Positions 56,176-64,000 of a stretch of 64,000 nucleotides of DNA are shown here, one piece after another. The DNA comes from Eledone cirrhosa (Eukaryota): assembly GCA_964016885.1 (NCBI GenBank), contig OZ024752.1:44888001-44952000 (forward strand). Reading direction: 5' to 3'. Numbering within the stretch: position 1 is the stretch's first letter; each line of letters begins with the position of its first letter. The position numbers and the translations under genes were made by a program. The notes beneath the pieces were generated by a model, which saw only the letters and a program-made list of their open reading frames with translations, was not told the origin of the DNA and ran no database searches.

Positions 56176-56683
56176 TTACCACATTCTGAGAAGTGGTATG
56201 AGCATAAGCCAGAGTCGGTGATAGAAAACGATCAGGTGAAGGTGCTGTGGGATTTTAGGATACAGACGGACAAGAAACTGGAACACAACAGGCCTGACCT
56301 GGTGGTTTTGGACAAGGGAAAAAGATCGTGCCTGATTGTGGACGTGGCCTGCCCTTTCGACACGAGAGTGCAAGAGAAGGAGAGGGAGAAAATTAAGCGA
56401 TACCAGGACTTAAAGTGGGAGGTAAAAAGGATTTGGAACTGCCATGAAGTCAAAGTGATCCCGATTGTCATAGGAGCACTAGGTACTATCTCAAAAAGTT
56501 TCCAGGGATGGTTAAAGAAAATTGGCCCCGCCCCGCTTTTTGGAACACTTCAAAAGGCATGCTTGCTGGGAACAGCAAGAACCCTCCGATACGTCCTGAA
56601 TATCTGAGGCTGCAGGTAGCAGCTTGATATTCATTTCAACAAACTTTTCAGTTAACTAACATCAATGACTGAGACTCAAAGAA
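56176..56683 (+). mobile_element. 5'-truncated R4/Dong-type LINE: restriction-like endonuclease domain plus 3' UTR, in (TAA)n
   Basis: Uninterrupted frame KWYEHKPESVIEND..LWDFRIQTDKKLEHNRPDLVV..LIVDVACP..KIKRYQDL..IPIVIGALG..LQKACLLGTA, with the stop at 56607. (aat)n lies at 56123-56164 and 56684-56708. Confidence 0.88.
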
Positions 56684-56707
56684 CAATAATAATAATAATA
56701 ATAATAA

Positions 56708-56889
56708 TTGTTTCTACTTTTGGCACAAGGCCATCAATTACCCAGTGTATTACTGGTACTTTATTTTATCGACCCCGTAAGGATGAAAGGCAAAGTTAAC
56801 CTCGGCGGGATTTGAACTCAGAATGGCAAGGGCCGTAACTCTATGCGTCAAAGCATGGTTTCCGACCCTCTACCGATACTGCCAATCCA
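56708..56889 (-). mobile_element. SINE family 1 inserted in the Dong (TAA)n tail
   Basis: Consensus match, with (aat)n on both sides. Confidence 0.85.
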
Positions 56890-56925
56890 TAATAATAATA
56901 ATGATAAAAATAATATATGTGTATA

Positions 56926-56972
<47 letters not shown>

Positions 56973-56981
56973 ATATATATG

Positions 56982-57012
<31 letters not shown>

Positions 57013-57351
57013 GTATAGATATATATATTTATATATATATGTATATATATATGTATATATTTATATATATATGTATATATATATGTATATATGTATATAT
57101 ATGTGTATATATATGTATTTATATATATATGTATATATATGTATTTATATATATATGTATAGATATATATATTTATATATATATGTATATATATATGTAT
57201 ATATGTATATATATGTGTATATATATGTATTTATATATATATGTATATATATATGTATATATGTATATATATGTGTATATATATGTATTTATATATATAT
57301 GTATATATATATGTAATATGGACGAGGTGTTAAATTTTCATTTCGTTTATT

Positions 57352-57442
57352 GAGGTGTGACGTGTGTTTCGCGATTGATCAGTTCAAGGTTCGATCTGTA
57401 TCGATCAGGCCCGACTCTGGAATCAAAAGCTCATCAGACTTC
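57352..57442 (-). ncRNA. Type I hammerhead ribozyme with extended stem II
   Basis: gt-CTGATGA-gcttttgat...atcaatcgc-GAAA-cacacg-TC^ac. Stem I is weak in this copy. Confidence 0.55.
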
Positions 57443-57735
57443 TGTTAGCACAATATATGTATGAATATATATTTTCTTTCGAGACAAACACAGAGATTCA
57501 ATACAGTCTCATCATTTTTTTCATCTTCATGCGTTGTTTCAAAAGGATAAGCAATGTCTCAACGTCTCAGACTGGAGTCTTTCTTCAAAAAGAGTAAACT
57601 TAGGAGAAAAAAAGAGAGATTGATGTGCTGAATAAAAGATTTTGTCAGGAATGGTGCGGGGTACAGACTAGAAGTCCTGTGTGCGGGGTTGTGATTGAGC
57701 TGGTTGCACAGCGTTGGGTTCTAACATATATAATG

Positions 57736-57812
57736 ATAGAAATGACACCTGCAGAACTAGAACTGTCAGGATGACGAATGAAACAGTTCTAGTCCTGTAG
57801 AAGTCATTTCTA
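57736..57812. mobile_element. Family E inverted pair joined at HHR stem II
   Basis: atagaaatgac..cagaactagaactgt / acagttctagtcctg..gtcatttctat flank caggatgacgaatgaa. Confidence 0.6.
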
Positions 57813-58191
57813 TATATAAAAAAAAAAAAAAAATGCCTCTACTCTACCGCATGTAAAGGGTTCGGTTCTATCATAGATAATGACATGTGTATGTAGATGA
57901 GATGCGGTTTGTGAGTAACGGATATGGAGATATATATTTGTATTTGTGTGCGTGTGTGTGTGCCCCCCTCTGTGTGTGTCCCTCCCTCTCTCTCGTCTCT
58001 CTCTCTCTCTCTCCCAGTGTGAGCCTCTCTCTCTCTATGTACATGTGTGTTCCCTCTCCCTCTCTCTCTCTCTCCCTGTATGTACGTGTGTGCTTCTCTC
58101 ACTCTTTCTCTGTATATATATATATATATATGTGTGTGCGTGTGTGTATGTATGTGTGTGACCCTCTCTCTCTCCCTTTCTTTATATATAC

Positions 58192-58254
<63 letters not shown>

Positions 58255-58494
58255 TGTGTACGTGTGTGTGCCTCACTGTTTACATCTGCGTCTATAAAGT
58301 GTCTCTCTGTTGAGTCTATTTGTAATATTTCTCGTTTTAACCAATAATATTCCAGCTTTCATTCATTTTCTCAAATTGTATATATATATATCATACACAC
58401 ACATATATATATATATATCATACACACATATATATATATATATCACACACACATATATATATATATATACACACACACACATATATATATATAT

Positions 58495-58527
<33 letters not shown>

Positions 58528-58568
58528 CACACACACACACACACAAATATATATATATATATATATAT

Positions 58569-58663
<95 letters not shown>

Positions 58664-58809
58664 ACACACACACACACACACATATATATCTGATATCTAT
58701 ATATCTACACACGCATTCACACTCACTCACACACACACAACAAAAACTACACACACGTATACCCATGTACATATATTCATATATACATATATATACATAC
58801 ATACAGATA

Positions 58810-58915
<106 letters not shown>

Positions 58916-58927
58916 AATCTATATCTC

Positions 58928-58998
<71 letters not shown>

Positions 58999-59542
58999 AT
59001 ATATACGTATATATATATATATAAATATATATATATGAATATATATGTCTGTGTGTGGAATGAGAAACAGAGAGAGAGTGAGATAGAGAGAGAGAGGAGG
59101 GAGGGAGGAGGGAGAGAGCTGGAAAGAAAAGAAGAAGAAAAAGAAGAAGAAAAAAAGAAAGAGAAATATATCAAGACATATCTATATAGATTCTCTATAT
59201 ATGTATATTTGTATAATGTATGGAAACACAATGAACAAATTGCTATCAATGTTCTCTGTGCACGAAACACGATATACTAAAGTATAATATATGGTATTGA
59301 TTTTCGATCATTCTGGCGTTCCATAGGGACCCAGTTTTCCATTTAAAGAACATCGCCATACCAAAACGTTTAGAAATGAATTCCCAAAAAGGGAGTAGCA
59401 ATATCTTAAGCCTGTCTTCTAAATTATATGCGTTATTGATTCGAGACTGCGCAGTGAAGACATATATATATATATATACATATATGTATATATATATATA
59501 CTCGTATGTGTGTGTATATATATATACATATATATACTCGTA

Positions 59543-59576
<34 letters not shown>

Positions 59577-59650
59577 CATTTGTATACGTATGTATATATA
59601 TATATATGTGTATATATATATTTATATATGTATATATATATATATATTTA

Positions 59651-59710
<60 letters not shown>

Positions 59711-59920
59711 GTATATATCATATATATATACATAAATATATATTTATATATATATATATAATATGTATATATATATATGTATATATAATATGTATATATA
59801 ATATGTATATATAATATGTATATATAATATGTATATATAATATGTATATATAATATGTATATATGTATATATATATATAATATGTATATAATATGTATAT
59901 ATAATATGTATATATAATGT

Positions 59921-59951
<31 letters not shown>

Positions 59952-60719
59952 CATTTATATACGCGCGATTTACTCAAAAAACAGCCTATATACACAACAA
60001 ATATATACAAGAGAGGGACTATAGACAGTTATACTTATATAGAAAGTAAACAACAATGTTAGTATTTGTAATGAAAACGATAGACTCTAGATTTCTCTCC
60101 AAGAGAGATATATATAATACTATTTTCCGTTGGATATTTCTAAGTTCCTGAAAGGTAATAGAAAATTCACAGTTATTTTATATTATTTTTATTCATTTAT
60201 TTCGGGGCTTTTTTTTCTCCATTTTATTTCTTTTCGTAGGGAAAATTGCATTACTACTCTCGAAAATTCCAATGTATAAATAGTATTTCAAACAGAGATG
60301 CTTCTGGGTAATTCGTAGAAATGATTGAAGCAGACGACACTTTGTTGTCTTATACAAACGCGGTGTAGATTCACGATTGACTCGAGAGTAAACTTAACGT
60401 AAATGATTTTATTTTTTTGTATATTTTTATATGTTTGACTGTCTGGAAGATGTTCAAATAAAGTGATATAGTTATAAAAATCTTTGTACATACATACACA
60501 CTTACCTAGGTACATATGTACATACATACTTAGGTACATATGTACATTCATACATACTTACTTAGGTACATATGTACACACATACTTAGGTACATATGTT
60601 CATACATACTTAGGTACATATGTACATACATACTTAGGTACTTATGTACATACATACATACATACTTAGGTACACATGTACATATATATACATGTTTACA
60701 TACATACATACATACATAC

Positions 60720-61235
60720 AGGGTGGCTGCCAACTCGTTTTCGAGTACGGCCACCACTTTATATCCATGTAGGAGAACCCCTACCGATGCGCTGAACGAG
60801 TGTGACTTTTTAGTCCAGCCAGAGACTTGAAAACTCTGGTACAAACACTGCACTTGAGACAATTATTGACACATAGTGCTGGGCCCATGGTACCATGTGA
60901 CGACAAGTGCAGAGAGATCTCCAGATATAAAGCAATGCCTGTGCCGTGAAGCTTTTATAGTGAGCAAAGGCACTGCACAAAGCCAGTCCCACTCTCTTAA
61001 CCAAGATGATATTTACCAAAAAGAAGAACAAGTCAACATCATTGGATACCATCAGGGCTGCAGGTGTTATATCAGAGTTTTCCTTCTCCTAGAATACTGC
61101 CTTGACAAAGGCTAAGGGGTCATCTCTCCCGGTGATTTTGGATGGCCATTGACTCTTAAGAGCTCCTTTGCCCTTTGACAGGTTTTGTTTTTAGTCCTAC
61201 AGGATGTCCAAAGTCACCCTCCTCACCAAGAAACT
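60720..61235 (-). mobile_element. Probable LINE-derived fragment ending in a (TATG)n tail
   Basis: GC-balanced island sharing sequence with 6540-6710. The minus strand runs into (tatg)n at 60720. No protein motif was recognised. Confidence 0.35.
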
Positions 61236-61610
61236 TTACATACATACATACATACACATAGATACATATATACATACATATAGACATACATATCTACCTA
61301 GTTGATATTACTTAAATTCCAATGAGAGCCTTGTATCTATGTTAGAAACCAACTCTCTCTATTGGTAAAATATTATAAAATTATAAAACCAGAAGAACAT
61401 ACATACATACATAGATGCATACATACATATATACATACATACTTACATACATACATATATACATAGGTACATACATACATTCATACATACATAGGTGCAT
61501 ACATACATATATACATACACACTTACATACATATATACATATATACTTACATATATACATTCATATACACATATATACATACATACACACACACATTTAT
61601 ACATATATAC

Positions 61611-61718
<108 letters not shown>

Positions 61719-62210
61719 ATATGCATATATGTCGCCAAATGCGTTCCTTTCTCTAGCAGAACAGCTCAACCTAAAAAACTTACAAATATAACATTTAAGA
61801 TATCATATTGATCTTTAATTTTTGGTGATTGTTTCTAATTAAACCATGTAATTTCCAGATCAGCTATTAAAATTAAGAACAATAAACAATAGCTCAATCA
61901 ATTTATTAATCAATATATCTTGTTATGGTAGATATAGAAATTAAGGTTGACAAAGAGAGATTAGCTCAGATCAATCAAAGATAAAAGACACTTAGGAGAG
62001 TTCTCTCCCGTTAATACATCTTCAATGAATGTTATCATAGAGATAGAGAATGGTTGTTGTTATGGTTGTTGTACCGAGTTTTAATCTAGACTGGTGTGTA
62101 TAACTTGTTATCATAACAGAACAGGTCGAAGACACTTTAGAAACAATGATTATATATATGTGTGTGAGTGTATATATACACACACACACACACACTCTCT
62201 CTCTATCTCT

Positions 62211-62247
<37 letters not shown>

Positions 62248-62337
62248 CGGCCTTTAAACTCACCTAATCAATGAAACAATTGTTAATACTGTAAATAAAA
62301 CCCTTTTTGTGCAGCCGACCAACACTTTGTATTGAAA

Positions 62338-62634
62338 ATTTTGAAAGTAGGTTTATAGGTATGCATTTTCATAAGATTCTCGTAGTTGACTCTGTGGCCT
62401 AGTGGTAGGTACTGGAGACGGTGGAGATCCTGGTCTTGGGTTCAATCCCGGTCAAGAGGTACATCTAATCTTTTTCAGTTTTTATTTTACAACCAATAGA
62501 AAAAAACTGAAACGGTTTACCGGGAACCCTACTCCCGACCAGGGTCACCACCGTCTATGATTCCTCCAACTAGGCCACCGAGACAACTACAAAAGTATAA
62601 TGAACATTGATAATTATAAACCTACTTTCAAAAT
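62338..62634. mobile_element. Fold-back element with two convergent tRNA-like heads
   Basis: Perfect 20-bp IR attttgaaagtaggtttata / tataaacctactttcaaaat. Inner diverged IR at 62382-62450 and 62519-62590. The left arm has A-box TGGCCTAGTGG and B-box GGTTCAATCCC. Confidence 0.6.
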
Positions 62635-62851
62635 CAAAGTTAAAAAGATGTGGAGTCGTTCGTGGTGCGTGTGGCAGCGGTGCTGAGACTGGGGAGACCA
62701 CTAATGATGGGAGTACTCACATGCATGGGGACTCTCTCTCTCTCTCTCTCTCCCTCCCTATATATATATATATCGCCCCCCTCTCTCTCTCTCTCTCTCT
62801 CTCTTTCTCCCTCCCTATATATATATATATATCGCCCCCTCTCTCTCTCTT

Positions 62852-62901
<50 letters not shown>

Positions 62902-63276
62902 CCTCCCTATATATATATATATATCGCCCCCCTCTCTCTCTCTCTCTCTCTCTCTCCCTCCCTATATATATATATATATCGCCCCCCCCCCTCTCTCTCT
63001 CTCTCTCCCTCCCTATATATATATATATATCGCCCCCCCTCTCTCTCTCTCTTTCTCCCTCCCTATATATATATATATATATCGCCCCTCTCTCTCTCTC
63101 TTTCTCTCTCTCTCTTTCTCTCTCTCTCTCGCTATATATATATATATATCGCCCCCCCCTCTCTCTCTCTTCCTCCCTATATATATATCGCCCCCTCTCT
63201 CTCTCTCTCTCCCTCCCTATATATATATATATCGCCCCCCCTCTCTCTCTCTTCCTCCCTATATATATATCGCCCC

Positions 63277-63327
<51 letters not shown>

Positions 63328-63674
63328 TATTGTGTCGTCTAGTATGAAATTTGTAGAATTTCTTTTTTCTACATATTTCTACCAATTCCAGACTTGACGA
63401 CGCAATATCTCTGCTTTCTTCGACTCGAGGAATTAAAGATTCCGCGTTGATTATTGCCATTCTTATGGCTTCTCAGAATCAATAAAATATCTAAAGTAAC
63501 AATTGTTTCCTTTATTCTTAAGTAAATATATCTTAAATATGTTTTCAAATTCTAAATGTTGGATAATTACTAAAATAAATGTAATTTCCATAATCTCCGA
63601 TTTATAATAGATGAATAACAAAGTGTTATAAGTTATTTTACATTTTTTTTTAGTTTGTATCTTAATATACAATA

Positions 63675-63925
63675 ATTGTTTCTACTATTGGCACAAGGCC
63701 AGCAATTACCCAGTATATTACTGGTACTTTATTTTATCGACCCCGTAAGGATGAAAGGCAAAGTTAACCTCGGCGGGGTTTGTATGTTAATATATAATAA
63801 GGGTTTCTTATATAGGCACAAGGCCAGTATTTGGGGGGAGGGGAAAGTCGATTAAATCGACCCCAGTGCGTGACTGGTACTTTATTTTATCGACCCCGTC
63901 CGACCCTCTACCGATACTGCCAATG
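63675..63925 (-). mobile_element. Two partial SINE family 1 copies
   Basis: Core matches at 63715-63780 and 63870-63898. Confidence 0.8.
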
Positions 63926-64000
63926 TTAGCCTCTCTATATAATAATAATAATGCTTTCTTTATTAACCACAAGGGTTTACATAAAGTAGACATTAAGGAC

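Noticed and set aside
61312-61370. Possible hammerhead remnant (ccaatgagag...agaaacc)
   Set aside because: The core and stems are too degenerate to support.

Overview
Gene-free, extremely microsatellite-rich eukaryotic DNA. The SINE content and repeat style suggest an octopod cephalopod, which is an inference. No host exon can be supported, and nearly all long ORFs in the track are translations of tandem repeats. Recognisable content: two tRNA-headed SINE families, a decayed Penelope-like (PLE) reverse transcriptase, two R4/Dong-type LINE relics, RTE-type LINE fragments, many minisatellites and one 200-N gap. The main hidden signal is an RNA one. At least 16 intact or near-intact type I hammerhead ribozyme (HHR) motifs, plus degenerate and half copies, occur in about 9-10 unrelated short non-coding elements that sit in (TA)n tracts. 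Most have a palindromic stem III, the dimer-cleaving architecture known from PLE pseudo-LTRs and retrozymes. The best case is a near-identical 591-bp unit at 37742-39925, present as one inverted copy plus about 2.7 tandem copies. Each copy carries an HHR with a compensated U3-A8 core (UUGAUAA). Several elements are head-to-head inversions whose junction falls inside the ribozyme. All structures were read by eye; no folding, search or activity data are available.
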